Positions 22,290 through 34,561 of a stretch of 64,000 nt of DNA are shown here, one piece after another; the stretch's first letter is position 1, and each line of letters opens with the position of its first letter. The stretch lies in the NCBI GenBank assembly GCA_965197925.1, contig CBDAOC010000017.1, forward strand, positions 128,001 through 192,000, read 5' to 3'. Under the pieces are notes generated by a model. It worked only from the letters and a program-made list of their open reading frames with translations, made no database searches and was not told where the DNA came from. A program made the translations under genes and the position numbers. This DNA is from Nitrososphaerales archaeon. Its GTDB lineage: Archaea > Thermoproteota > Nitrososphaeria > Nitrososphaerales > UBA213.

Positions 22290-22673
22290 GGCTTTTCCTT
22301 ATTCAACACGTTATTAAAACTATGCTGGATGTTTAGGATGAAGTTTACACGGCTTTTTTTGATAAAAACGATGAATATAGGCTTGATTCTTTATATCAAC
22401 CGAGAGGATAAAATTACAGAAATCGAATGTAATAAATCTTTACCAATTGATAGCAAGGAAAATATTGGTTGGTGTTGATTATAGATATAAAATATCAGTT
22501 AACAAATTTTGTAGAAATTATGGCTGATGTGAGGCTGAACTCTGATTAAATTATCAGACGCTTTGAGCATTTCCTGCATTCTAATAGAACTTTATATACT
22601 TCATTACTAATTACTTTGAATTTTTTTGAGCCACATTCAGGACATAATGGGCAGGCTCGATTGCCTCGCATAT

Positions 22674-23204
22674 TTACCACTCCTGAGGTCTAGTATCTGA
22701 TTGTGAGATAACTTTCATCCTCTTTACCCCATCTACTTTTTTTATCACTTTTGCAACTTCATTTGGTACCAAGGATTCCCAATCATTTCCCTTTAAGATC
22801 AATTGTCGAATCTTGCTTCCATTGTACTTTTCTTTGTTGTAAAAATTTATTCTTGACACTTTAATTTCAGCCTTTTGCATTAACATTGCCACGTATGGAT
22901 TTCCAGTATAAACAACATCAAACTGCGGAAGAAATGATTTAAGATATCCTACCCATCGCGCATTATTTTCATCGTTAACCAGAGGAATAATATAACATTT
23001 CGTAAGGTTGATGCTGACCTCCTTCAATGCTTCATGAATAAAGAGAATTCTTTCGCCAGCAGTAAATGGATCTTTTTCAATGAAGTTGAATTGTGCACTT
23101 GTTATTGCAATTATGAGTTCGTCACATTCCTTCAATATACCTTTAACCAGTTCTAGATGTCCTTTATGAAAGGGCTGAAACCTACCAATTATCAATCCAC
23201 GCAT
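22674..23204 (-). CDS. nadM: Nicotinamide-nucleotide adenylyltransferase
   Basis: GRFQPFHKGH, DPFTAGER, GSKIR; start taken at MRGLIIGR. Confidence 0.92.
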   Translation of the reverse strand: MRGLIIGRFQPFHKGHLELVKGILKECDELIIAITSAQFNFIEKDPFTAGERILFIHEALKEVSINLTKCYIIPLVNDENNARWVGYLKSFLPQFDVVYTGNPYVAMLMQKAEIKVSRINFYNKEKYNGSKIRQLILKGNDWESLVPNEVAKVIKKVDGVKRMKVISQSDTRPQEW

Positions 23205-23499
23205 AACACATTCAATATGTTCTTTCAATTAAAACTATTTTGTAAAATAACAAATAGGCCGGAAATCAGACTATATCTCCATGAACTAAGTTTAATGATG
23301 AGATTAATGACTCCATTATTATTTGTAAGCGACTCTGGTTATTACATTTTTTCCATAATTTATGCGAAACAGATTCCGGTATAGCTATACACATTATTAT
23401 TTTGGGTTGGAACATTACGAAAAAGTTGAGATTGTATTAACTCATACTAAAGTTATTAGGTATGTGATCTGATAGATTTGATGATTAGAGTTTGTTGCG

Positions 23500-24825
23500 A
23501 TGGTACTATCTAGTCATGATACCATCCTCATAGTACTACTGGTGGGCATTCTTACAATCATTTCTAATGTGGACAATGTGATTGAGTACAGCAATGCCTA
23601 GCTGATTGAGGGTTCCTGGACACAATCATTCCCTCCTAATCTGCCTGGACAGAAGAGGAGTGCGGCCTGGGCTTATGACAGCCTACATAATGTCATCATT
23701 CTATTTGATGGTGTCCCAGGGCCCAGCGAGACTTGGATTTATGATTTATCAACCGAATCCTGGGAAAGAAAGTCACCCCCTGTTTCTCCTCCTAGGAGAT
23801 CCGCTCACCCGATGACATTTGACAGCAATAATGGCGTCGTTGTCTTGTTTGGGGGATTTCGATTTTCACATGGAAACCACCTAGATGATACATGGGTCTA
23901 TGATGTAGAGACAAACACGTGGGAGGAATTGCACCCGGTTGGCTCACCCCCTCCGAGACACTGGGGCGGCTTTGCCTATGATAAGGATGATGGAGTAATA
24001 GTGCTCTTCGGTGGCCATAGTCCATTTGAAGGTAGCATCGGGGAAATACGGAACGATACTTGGATACTTAATTTGTCTACCGAGGCCTGGACCAAGGTGA
24101 ATCTTGTTCAAAGTCCTTCGCCGAGGCAGACATTTTTGATCTACAACGAAAGTGATGGGTTAGTGTACTTATTTGGAGGGTTGGAACAGGTATACAGACA
24201 AACCGATAGGAAATCATCTTTCTATAATGATATGTGGAGTTATGATGTTTCGATAAATACCTGGACACAAATATCAGGATTCACTGTAACATTATCAAAC
24301 CCAAATCAAGCTGAACCTTATTTTACAGCTCCTAAAGTTATGTTGGAGGAACAGTTGGTCTTTCAATTAATAGTTGATGATGGATTGGGATAGTACTCCA
24401 GAAATCGTTACGATCAATGTTAGACCTTCATACTTTACATTATCATCAACAGCGGAAGGGGCTACTTTCACAATAGAAGGTAAATCAGACCATATCATCC
24501 CTTTATCATTCAATATCAACCCTAAGGAGTCGGTAAAGTTCGACCTACCAGGGGGAGAGGGGGCGAGTTAGAGTTAAATCTCCAGAAGAATTTGATTGAT
24601 GAAATTCAGACTTTGAGATCGGAGAATGGGCAAATTTCCTTTCAAAAAATATCATCTACATCAACTTCAACTACCATCCGATTCACTGTGCCTGATGATA
24701 TAACTTCAATAGAGATAACGGGTGCATTTGTTGTACCGGAATTTCCAATTACTATGATCGTCTTTTCTGCGACGGTTGCTTCGCTACTGATCATGCGCTC
24801 TCACAGAATTATCTCATTGCAATAA
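23500..24825 (+). pseudogene. Secreted Kelch-repeat surface protein with PKD-like remnant and PEF(G)-CTERM tail, disrupted
   Basis: Signal peptide from ATG 23500; in-frame TAG 23599-23601; repeated LFGG...DTW Kelch units; FQLIVDDG PKD-like motif; frameshifts near 24390 and 24560; ends VVPEF-TM-basic tail. Confidence 0.8.
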
Positions 24826-25035
24826 AGTGGAGTATGAATCCATACAATCCAATACACCTTCACGAAAGGCTATACCAATTTTTCATATATCATGTAATCC
24901 ATTTCTTGAAAACCGTTATTCCTTCAATTAATACTTCCGATATAACAATTCAGTTATTGCTGGTGTAAGTATTATTTGGTAAAATTACAACACCAAATAT
25001 CAGCCTAAATCTGGCATTTGAATCTATAATTATCA

Positions 25036-25065
25036 AGTATGAGTATGAGTATGAGTATGAGTATG
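25036..25065. repeat. Microsatellite (AGTATG)x5
   Basis: Five perfect 6-mers. Confidence 0.9.
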
Positions 25066-25075
25066 TGTATACAAC

Positions 25076-25112
25076 ATATCACATATGATATATAATATAT
25101 CATATGTGATAT
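25076..25112. repeat. Perfect 17-bp inverted repeat made of two ATATC-N6-GATAT sites
   Basis: ATATCACATATGATATA-TAA-TATATCATATGTGATAT. Confidence 0.85.
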
Positions 25113-25194
25113 ATAATGTAGAATCTCATTTGACTTTTCTTTTCACCTAAATGTTATAGGTCACATCTGAATTAATCGTTGATAAATCAACAAA

Positions 25195-25635
25195 TCATGT
25201 AGCACTTGTTGAAAAGCAGCCAGAATTTGGACTAGGATAACACGTTGCATCTTTATCTTTAACATTATTTTTATCTTCAAGAGTCCTACTAACTTCATAT
25301 TGAAGTGTATCTTTAGCATTTGTAAACCAATTCCTGAAGAATGATATCTGGTTTTTGTCCCCTATATTTTGAAGATTCACCTCATCTAACTCAGACGTTA
25401 TCCTATTCTCAAAGTTGGTTTCAAAGATTGACAATGGGATTACCATTTCTTTTTTTGCTAGGATCTGAGCGGCGATAGATTTCTGTAATCCATTTAACGC
25501 CTTGCTTTCTATATGATCTCTATCCACAAAAGCGTTTGCAACAGGAAAAGAAACAGGAATACAGCTGATTATTATTATCTCACTCAATAAAATTGATAAA
25601 AGAATCAACTTCGATACTATTTGACTCAATAACAA
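25195..25635 (-). CDS. Hypothetical secreted protein (possibly a fragment)
   Basis: Hydrophobic N-terminus ending ANA; no recognised domain. Confidence 0.4.
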   Translation of the reverse strand: MLLSQIVSKLILLSILLSEIIIISCIPVSFPVANAFVDRDHIESKALNGLQKSIAAQILAKKEMVIPLSIFETNFENRITSELDEVNLQNIGDKNQISFFRNWFTNAKDTLQYEVSRTLEDKNNVKDKDATCYPSPNSGCFSTSAT

Positions 25636-26209
25636 TGGGTGGGTCTTGGTCGAATTAAACTATTTCCTAAGTTACCGTGATATCACCTTTGAAATGTCAA
25701 TGGGACACTGTAATCTTCCACACTTCACAAAAAGATCTTGATACAGGGTGTTGAAAGCGAGTCTGGCTGTATCAGTTGCGATAAAGGTTCGTGTTGTGAA
25801 TTTTATTTTCCTTTGGTCAATTCTTCTATGGTGCAAATGAAGAACGAAATAAGCGATGGAGAAGCATTATATGTTATTATCTTATATATTACTTTCAATA
25901 CTAAGATAAGCTCAACAATAAATAATATTTTTCTCATTGACATTCCCTTCGAATCAGTTGATATCTTCTACTTCTCTAGCAAACTTTACTCCTTTATCCA
26001 TGAACCGATAGCCTTTGTTGTCATGATGTATAAGGGAATACATCGGATCTCCCTGTTTGAGATGTACAATGGGCCTGAATAAAGTCTCCTAGGTTGTGTT
26101 GAAAGCGTGCCTGATATGTTCATAATGAGACATTGGATCCAACTTCAGAACTTCACCACTTGTAAACTGAGACATCTTTAATTATATGTTATGATGCTGA
26201 AAAAGTAAA

Positions 26210-27106
26210 GTGAGAGTAGGCACCATATTGATAGTAGGGTCAATAGCTCTAGATACGATAGAAACCCCTTATGCTAAACGAGAGAATTTGGTGGGAGGGT
26301 CGGCTACATATGCTACAATCGCCGCAGGAAATTTTTCATCCGTTCATGTAGTTGGGGTAGTGGGCCGGGATTTCCCTGCGGAAGGATTTCACATTTATGA
26401 GAACTTTGCAAAAGATTTAACCGACTTGAAAATCGAGGAAGGGACAACTTTCAGGTGGGGAGGACGGTATGGACATAATATGGATGACCGTGAAACCCTC
26501 TTTACCGATCTAGGAGTTTTTGAATCATTCACTCCTCAGCTTTCTGAAACCAACCGATCTGCAGATTATGTATTTCTTGCCAATATTCATCCGGCTCTTC
26601 AACAATCTATCATAAATCAGATTAATGCTAACACTAAGGTGATTGTAGATACAATGAACCTGTGGATTGACACCACCAAACAGGAACTTCTGAAGATAGT
26701 TGGGAGGGCGGACATCCTGATTATCAATGATAGTGAAGCCAGACTTCTGAGCGGATGTGGGTCTTTGGACGAATGTGCTGTCTGGCTCATGAGTAGGGGT
26801 CCTGATACTTTGGTAATCAAGAAGGGTAGTCAAGGAGCCATAATGTTCAAGGAGAAAGAAAAAATTTCCATATCGAGTTATCCGGTGAAAAATGTTATGG
26901 ACTCGACTGGGGCAGGGGACACATTTGGAGGCGGTTTTTCGTCTGTCCTTGCCAGGGGTGGTAGTCTTTTGGAAGCCCTTGTCACCGCTTCTGCACTTGC
27001 CTCTATTTGCGTGGAAGGTTTTGGCGTGGAAGCTCTGTTGAAGGCATCAGAAGAAGAAATACATAGCCGGGAAGATTTCCTGAGGACCACTCTCAAGTTC
27101 ACATGA
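26210..27106 (+). CDS. PfkB/ribokinase-family carbohydrate kinase
   Basis: GGSATY, DTMNLWI, INDSEA and DSTGAGDTFGGG signatures. Confidence 0.92.
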   Translation: MRVGTILIVGSIALDTIETPYAKRENLVGGSATYATIAAGNFSSVHVVGVVGRDFPAEGFHIYENFAKDLTDLKIEEGTTFRWGGRYGHNMDDRETLFTDLGVFESFTPQLSETNRSADYVFLANIHPALQQSIINQINANTKVIVDTMNLWIDTTKQELLKIVGRADILIINDSEARLLSGCGSLDECAVWLMSRGPDTLVIKKGSQGAIMFKEKEKISISSYPVKNVMDSTGAGDTFGGGFSSVLARGGSLLEALVTASALASICVEGFGVEALLKASEEEIHSREDFLRTTLKFT

Positions 27107-27672
27107 CATAAATTCTTCCCACTAATTTCCCCTCCCTTTACAGTATAAGTCAACTATAGAAGATTATGGGAAAATACATTATTAGGATTATTGTGGATAC
27201 AACTCATAATCTCATTGTATTTCCCGATGGATTAGAAGTAATCCGTGATCAAAATCTTTTGAATTTAATGATTTTAACTATTGTTTTAGTGTTGGTTACT
27301 ACCTAACAAAATTGAATCAGAAAAATAATCATGTAAGACTTTTTATGGGATATTCTAACATAATCAAGTTTAATTAGAAATTGAAATTAGTCATCACAAA
27401 TTGAAATCGTGATAATACGAAGATAAGAAATAAGGTGAGGAATTGTTCTTTGGTATAAAGCCCTCCAAAATTTGTCATCAGGTACTGAGTATAGAGGTAA
27501 ACGTCATGCTCCAGATTTATGAGTAGAAAAAATAATCCTAAACATTTTCAAAAGTCGAGAAATCTGATTATCAGGAACTTAAATTTATATCACTTCAATA
27601 AAGGAAATTTGAATCAACTATAGTGATTTTGTAAAGTATAGTTATATTTGCCTAATCTTCTTAGTAGCCATT

Positions 27673-27783
27673 TTAAGAACAACAGCTGGAACATGCCCTT
27701 TTGGGTTTTAACCCACACCTCAATCTTGTCTTGTGTCTCCGCAAATCACTAACGTATTTGTGACATGAAACACAGATAGGCAT
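27673..27783 (-). CDS. 36-aa zinc-finger-like microprotein (3' end may be frameshifted)
   Basis: MPICVSCHKYVSDLRRHKTRLRCGLKPKRACSSCCS; TTTATATA TATA-like box about 20-28 nt upstream on the minus strand. Confidence 0.5.
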   Translation of the reverse strand: MPICVSCHKYVSDLRRHKTRLRCGLKPKRACSSCCS

Positions 27784-28066
27784 ATTAATTGATCCTCGAA
27801 AAATATATAAAAACTTTGTGTACTTTATAAAATAATATTTTGGTTTTGTTTATTTGTAACATCATTCTTATCTCTGTTAACCAGTATCGAATAATGACGT
27901 TACTCAAATGGGAATTAATCTATATTGGTGGTGGTTTGTCCCTTAGCTAATGAGTATTTCCATCAGCATTTTCTAGAATGGGAATGATGTGTGACAAAAG
28001 GTACCGGTAACCAGTATCGATCCTTTTACTATTCATTTGCACTAAGAACTGAGTCTATAACTATAT

Positions 28067-29160
28067 GAGGCATGGGCATTATTCCATATAACAAAAATAA
28101 CTTGATGCCTCTGATTGATTAACTTCCCAACATGTGCTTCAATGCCCTTAATGGTCTTCCTGTCAAGTAGTTGTAGTATACCATCAGCTGGTATAGCAAT
28201 ATAGAAATCAGAACGATGCTCCTAGCTTTATCGAACCCTCTAACAGGTAGTGGGTCTATATCAAATACATCCTTTATCTGCTCTATCAATGGTTCAACGC
28301 TTATGCTCCTCCGAGAATATACATGCTGCCCAAATTCCGATTGATAGAACTGCAGCAATGCCAGTCTATTATTATCTGTAGTATGCTTGTACCTTTCCAA
28401 TGGGAATACTGGATGCCCTCTATACCTGCTGAAATCACATAACTTGTGATCATCATATCCTTCATCTCCTACAACATACCTTACCATTCCTGTAGGCAAT
28501 GAAGATGTTATGCTTTCATACATCTTGTTATCAGTAATGTTAGCTGTTGTGAAATCAGCTGATAATGGAACTATCAATGAACCTGTGCTACACGCTAGAT
28601 GCAGTTTGTATCCTAATATCCATCCCTTGGTTCTGCTGTAGCCCCATCGAGCATCTGTATCTATACCGGAGCGTGGCACTTCATTCTTCTTCATGTTTGA
28701 TCTATGCCATACATGTCCCTTTGCTTTCAACAATGAACTGTCAACGGATATTATGGCTGGGTCTACCAACCCATCTTTTATGAAGAGCATACCCATAACA
28801 TCTATCCTTGATCTTATGTCAATTGATACGGCCTTGACCTTCTGTCGAATGTTCTTCTGTCTGGCAACCTATCAAGACCACATGCCTTCATTACCTTCCT
28901 GTTGTATGGCATGTCTATCAAAAAGTTTCATATAAAGCATTGTTGCCTGGTATTCTTATCCATACTCTAACGATGAAGCATCTCACCATTACTGTAGGAG
29001 AATAGTAGAATGGTCTACCCCTTTTCCTAAGAGGTTTTGGCCGAATCACGTCAATCAAAAATAATATACGAAGAAGTATGGAGTCTGAGCTAAACACATT
29101 ACCAATGAAAATTGGAACCTGATCTTATCGTTTCGACCGGCTTAATTATGCCCAAGCCTC
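28067..29160 (-). mobile_element. IS family B, copy 2
   Basis: Same TIRs; flanks AACTATAT / AATTATAT (TSD with one mismatch); transposase 28119-28796 with frameshifted N-terminus. Confidence 0.93.
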
Positions 29161-29334
29161 AATTATATATTTGTCATACTCTAACATTCTTTTGCACTCT
29201 CCCTGGAAAAATAAGTTTGAAGTATTTGGTTTGTGTTAGGCTGTCCAACAACATGTGTATCCTTAGTTATAGAAAATCTGTCTTCTTTGTTCATTCCAGC
29301 TTATATTGTAGCCACACACCTAATAGAATGATAA

Positions 29335-30187
29335 ATGAATGGATTTTCCCGTTCAAAAGACAGTCGGACTGTAGGAATACAGGCAATCCTAGAGAAAACT
29401 AGGGTATGGATTGCGATAGTAATGTCTTTAATAATATTGATGCCCCTATCAACCTCATTAATATTTGCAGAGCCATTATATGATGTGATAGAGCTGAGCA
29501 CCATCGATGGTAACGATAGGATCACTAGCTACTCTGATACTATATTGATAAAAAAACAATGGTAATTCTGCCCTGCATAGTGTACGCTTATTCCTCTCTC
29601 CGGATATAGCAAGAAGTTTCCATCTTGAAAGTAATTCAATCAAGTCTATAGAACCAAACGGTACAGCAACAGTTGATATACAACTGTTTGGAAATCCAAA
29701 TAGGGATATTTATGGCGAGGTGATGCCTTACAATGGCATCATTACTGTAATGGCACCCAATCACAATCCCGTTTTTCTTCCAGTGGAGACTGAATCCTTA
29801 GACTCTTACCATCATCTATCCTTCATGGAGAAGGTAGCTGATTTGGAAAGGCAGCGTTCTAGGTTACCATTGATTAGTACTGTACTGAAAACTGGTCCTG
29901 TAAAGAAATCTGATGTAGAAGTAAGAACAGGGTTGGGCTCTAGAGAGATCAACTCAGCCTCAGGTGAAATTATGATAAAGAATACAAGTGATAGAGCACT
30001 GAACAATGTACGAATAATGTCATCAACACTTAGCAATGTATTCCTCCTAGATAAATCCAATATAGCAAAAATTTAACCTAATGGAGAAATATCCATACAA
30101 TTGATACCAAAGATAGACGCTGGTAAGTATGCAAGTGGATACTCTGGGGAAGTGATCATAGCACCAGAAGAAATACCTTTACCGTAA
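29335..30187 (+). pseudogene. Secreted protein with two similar Ig-like domains, disrupted
   Basis: Signal peptide; repeated I.IKN.....L..VR...IxPNG motif read across a frameshift near 29555 and an in-frame TAA at 30074-30076. Confidence 0.55.
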
Positions 30188-30318
30188 GTACATTGGTAGA
30201 AGGATGGGAGACGTTCGTACAGGTAAACGAAAATTAGTCATTACAATTGTACTAGAGGAAAGACTAATGTAGAATTTATCCCTAAAGTTTAATTGCTGGT
30301 TTTCAGTTAGCTGCTCGA

Positions 30319-31149
30319 ATGTCTGAAGATATACCAAAGAAGGAAGCCGAATCTCCTGACTATACACGAAAGGAAGCTTTAATGCCAGAGGGTATGACAA
30401 TGAAAAAATCCACTTTTAAAAAATTCTTAATTGGATTGGTAGCTGCATTGGTGATCTCTGCTTTTTTGGGAGGGTTTCTTGTAGGCGGCGGAGAAATAGG
30501 AATCTCTCCACCAGAACCTCTTCAACCGGCACAACAAGCACAACCTGCTCAACCTACTGAACGAATAGAACCCATTGAAGCAGAAAGAATTTTGGTTTCT
30601 TTGGGTGACGACCCTGTCAAGGGAGATTTAGAAGCACCGGTAACAATTGTGGAATTCTCTGATTATCAGTGCCCATTCTGTTCACGATTCTTTAGGAATA
30701 CATTGCCCCAAATACAGCAAGATTATATTGATACGGGGAAGGTAAAGTTAGTCTATAGGGATTTTCCTTTGGATAGTATACATCCAAATGCCATACCAGC
30801 GGCCATGGCTTCAGAATGTGCGCATGAACAGGGGGAGTTTTGGAGTTATCATGACAAATTATTTGGCAGTCAACAAGAATGGGCATCTTTAAGCAAAAAC
30901 GAAGTAAGTAACTCGTTCAAAGATTTCGCGATTGAATTGGGACTAGATTCAGAACAGTGGAGTTCTTGCTATGATTCTGGAAAGTATCTTGATGAAATAC
31001 TTGATGATTATCAGGAAGGAATAGAATATGGTACTAGAGGAACTCCAGGATTCTTTATAGGTAATGAAGAAGATGGATCTGTAAGAATTGCTGGAGCGCA
31101 ACCTTATTCCGTTTTCCAGCAGATTATTGATATAGAGCTAGCAGGCTGA
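30319..31149 (+). CDS. Membrane-anchored DsbA-family thiol-disulfide oxidoreductase
   Basis: TM helix, APVTIVEFSDYQCPFC, GTPGFFIG, GAQPY. Confidence 0.92.
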   Translation: MSEDIPKKEAESPDYTRKEALMPEGMTMKKSTFKKFLIGLVAALVISAFLGGFLVGGGEIGISPPEPLQPAQQAQPAQPTERIEPIEAERILVSLGDDPVKGDLEAPVTIVEFSDYQCPFCSRFFRNTLPQIQQDYIDTGKVKLVYRDFPLDSIHPNAIPAAMASECAHEQGEFWSYHDKLFGSQQEWASLSKNEVSNSFKDFAIELGLDSEQWSSCYDSGKYLDEILDDYQEGIEYGTRGTPGFFIGNEEDGSVRIAGAQPYSVFQQIIDIELAG

Positions 31150-31211
31150 ATTTGATTATATTCCCACAATAGGTCCAAGATTTCCTTTGAAGGCTAAAAA
31201 TGTTAAGCAAC

Positions 31212-32001
31212 TCATCTCAAAACCCTACAATACGTCAAAAATGATGCAGGATTAACAAATGCCAGATAGTTTTCTGCCGTTCTTTCATACCTGGTTCTTG
31301 TTCTGTGAAATCCATTCTTGAGCCATGCAAGGAATCTCTCAACTACAAATCTTGTCTTGTTGTAATGTTTGCAATCATTATTTTGCAAGATGAACTTGGA
31401 ATTTATTTTGTATGGGATGCAACATGCAATATTTCTATCCCACAAATACATTCTGATGTATTTTGCATCATTTTGTCTGCATAAACTGGTTCTATCTGTT
31501 GTATTGAATCATCATCAAGATAGTCTGAAATTGATCCTGTAGCATCCATGCATTTTGTACTGTCATGTTCATTTGCCGGACTCAGCAGTATGGATATTGG
31601 AAATCCGTTACCCTCTACTGCGGCATGTATTTTTGTACCTGTTATTCTCTTGAATCCATTATATCCAGTTACATTGCCCCTTTTTTATCAGGAATGGATG
31701 AAGAGTCAACTGATATTTTTTGTAGATTAATTTTGCCAGATTTATGTGCTGAGTGAATAGTACGTGATAGAATATTTTTCCAGATTCCTTTTTGTTGCCA
31801 TTTGTTTAACCTTCTGTTTGCAGTAGAATCATCACCATATCTTTTTGGCATATCGTCCCATCGGCATCCAGTAGTTAGAACATGGATTATTCCGTTAATG
31901 ATTTTTCTATCATCATCTCTAGGCCTGCCAGTTTTTGCATGTGGTGGTATGTGTGATTCTATCATACTCCACTGTTTGTCTGATAATTCTTGGAATTTCA
32001 T
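31212..32001 (-). mobile_element. Degraded IS5-family transposase (distinct from the 1050-bp element)
   Basis: LSDKQW...GRP...TTGCRW orfA; fragments with RFVVERFLAWLK...RTRYER; several frameshifts; TIRs not identified. Confidence 0.85.
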
Positions 32002-32919
32002 AAAATAATTTTAGATGTCGCTATTCATGGATCTAAATGGTCGCTAAAAATTGTCTAAATGGTTAGTTTTGAGATGAGTTGAGATAATTCATCTCTAAAA
32101 ATGGGGCGATATCGTTGGTTGTCATCGTTCCGCACACTCGCAAAATCAATATCGGTTCCTTCAACTAAAAGACGACCTTCACATTTTTCTGCATATTTTT
32201 CACCATCAACCTTCTTAACTTGAAGAGAATGGACGGATTCAACTTGAATTATTTTCCCAAAATCAAGTTTTGCTTTTGACTTTTCTAGTCTCTTATCTCT
32301 GAGTATTTCCCTAATCAATCCATTGCCTCCAAACAGTACATTTAAGATCAAAGCGATGCCACCAATTGTTGATGAACCTGCCCTGTTGCATAACCATGAA
32401 ATCCATTACCGGATAACGAAACTATTCTGTCATTGCGGTGCGAATCCCCGGACTGCATTTTCAATTATCCAGCCATGAGGCAAAAAATTGCAGAATTTTA
32501 GTTGTGCAACAAATAAACCAATTGGTCAAAACCTGAATTGGCCAGGGAAATAAAGAAGCTGGAAAATTCTAAAAAAATACGGATTGTCTCCTCCGTCAGG
32601 GGTCTGGCCATTCCTTCCCATTGACGGATAGTTTTATTCCAGGTACATCCGCCCTAGGTTCCTGAATTTAAGGAGCAAGGCGTAATTCAATTTAAGAATG
32701 AACATGTTGCAATCTTTTCATCCTTCCGGCAATGCATTCATCATTCCGACCTCCGTTTTGGAGTGCGAGGAATGCAAGAAATACCGGTTTGGAGTAATTG
32801 CATGCCCGTACCAATAACACCAGCGATTAAATTTAACTCCATGATATTTTACATTATTCCAGAAAATTCTAGACCAATTGTTCATTATGTTTAAATAAAA
32901 CTCCAAGAATCGGAAATTA

Positions 32920-33462
32920 ATGAACAAACTGGCAATACCAGGCATATTGGCAGCAACGCTATTGATAGCAGGGATATTCGCCTTGATGCCGGTAGAGAGG
33001 GCAAGCACGGTGCACACAGGTCTAGAAGCTAAGATAGACACTTTACAAGAAGAATTAGAAAGTAAAATTATCTCATTGAGTGTATTAGAACACACTGATG
33101 AGGATCAGGACGACGGAGACAGGTACGTGATAGACTGTACTACAGGCTTTGTAGTAACTAAAGTCATTGTTAGTATGAAGGGAACTCTAAATGAGAACTC
33201 CCTCCATGTCTTAGTTGGAGAGAACAGAATTAATGAAGAGGATGAGGATATTGTATTTAATTCTCCAAATAAAGTAATAAGTTATGCTCCAAACTCTACT
33301 GGAGTAATATATCCAGAGAATATTGTAGCGCCGGCCACCGATGACGTAATACTAGCCGCTAGTGAAACAAATGATGACGATGACGAAAAAGCAGTCATAT
33401 TACTTGCCGTTCAAGCGTCAAGCGGTGGAACTTGTACGCTAAGAGAAACAACAACTGGGTGA
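32920..33462 (+). CDS. Secreted hypothetical protein
   Basis: Signal peptide ending GIFALMPVERASTVHT; TTTAAATA TATA-like box about 30 nt upstream. Confidence 0.7.
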   Translation: MNKLAIPGILAATLLIAGIFALMPVERASTVHTGLEAKIDTLQEELESKIISLSVLEHTDEDQDDGDRYVIDCTTGFVVTKVIVSMKGTLNENSLHVLVGENRINEEDEDIVFNSPNKVISYAPNSTGVIYPENIVAPATDDVILAASETNDDDDEKAVILLAVQASSGGTCTLRETTTG

Positions 33463-33882
33463 AACAACAATTGGATTAGTTACTCCACTAACAGGAGACT
33501 TTTTATGGCGAAGAAAATTGGGAGAGCTCCAAGTAGGAGTAGTTGATTTTAATAAACATCTCGAGGAGATGGGAGCTCCACGGCATCTCGTAGTAATGGT
33601 TACCATGCAAACGCCAATAACTGCAGACTGCTCGTTAGTAGGGTATGTAAACCCCGGCAGTATACGGTGGTTTTGTCCGTCAGTAGACCCCGGTGGTATT
33701 TACTAGGATTATCCTTAGGCAGGATACCCTTTTTTTATTTATGCAACTTGGTTTGAACTCTGCTTGATCAGGCCGCCCATCTACTGAATATCACTAGAGG
33801 GCCACTAGACACATTTCCTAATATGTTACTGATCATTGGTAACAATATGCTAAATGATCTTCCCCAATATTCCTTTATTGGT

Positions 33883-34234
33883 TTACCTGCTTTTTCCAAG
33901 CATCCTAGAGCCTGTCCGAAAATCCTGTTCCAGAACCAGTTCTATATACTCAGATTTGTCTAATGGAACCTCATTATTTTTTGCATATACAATAAAGCGA
34001 TCGATAATTTTCCATGTTTTTGTCAAAATATTATCTCTTGCAGCTGCACTAACAAAAGGAGACTTCCCATGGCGTATATTATCTGCAAGCGGCTTGATAC
34101 CTATCTTAATATAGTCTTCAGAAATATTTAGCGCAGAACGGAATTCATCCCATGCCTTATTTTTATCATGTTTATTGAAATATTGCATTAGAGATTCAAT
34201 TGCACGATAGCAGAAAAATGGTGTGTCTTTAGGG
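33883..34234 (-). pseudogene. C-terminal fragment of a helical HEPN-like protein
   Basis: PKDTPFFCYRAIESL...AWDEFRSAL...ADNIRHG; no start of its own, abuts the sulfatase fragment. Confidence 0.45.
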
Positions 34235-34370
34235 AGACAAAAAAGATTATGTTCGGTGTGCCCTCCTTGGCCCGAACTGGAGCCGGCCAAGCTGGTGAGG
34301 ACTCGTCTACAGTACGCCCTATTTTACCGGGAAAAGCCTCACCTTGATTGTACTCCACCAATTCTGTCAA
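34235..34370 (-). pseudogene. N-terminal stub of an arylsulfatase
   Basis: FPGKIGRTVDESSPAWPAPVRAKEGTPNIIFFV, cut just before the expected DD motif. Confidence 0.7.
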
Positions 34371-34561
34371 TATCTTATTCGAAGAGATGTGAAAAGTTCC
34401 TATTATAATTTTGGTTCGAACATTAACTGGTGCCTAACCAAAAAGGAAGAGGATGGTACTGAATCACCTAATACTGATCAAACACAAATTATCATTGACA
34501 TGTCAAAATAATAAAATAAAAAAAGTTAGTGGTTTTCAAAGACCTATCTTGATTTTCACTA

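Noticed and set aside
25738..26130. ORF 25738-26082 (+) and a vaguely sortase-like minus-strand remnant
   Set aside because: No convincing motif and multiple stops; similarity too weak to call
32432..32460. Cobalamin riboswitch or tRNA T-arm-like GCGGTGCGAATCCCCGGACTGC
   Set aside because: No upstream GGGAA or B12 box and no cloverleaf; reads as a coding remnant (LRCESPDCIF)
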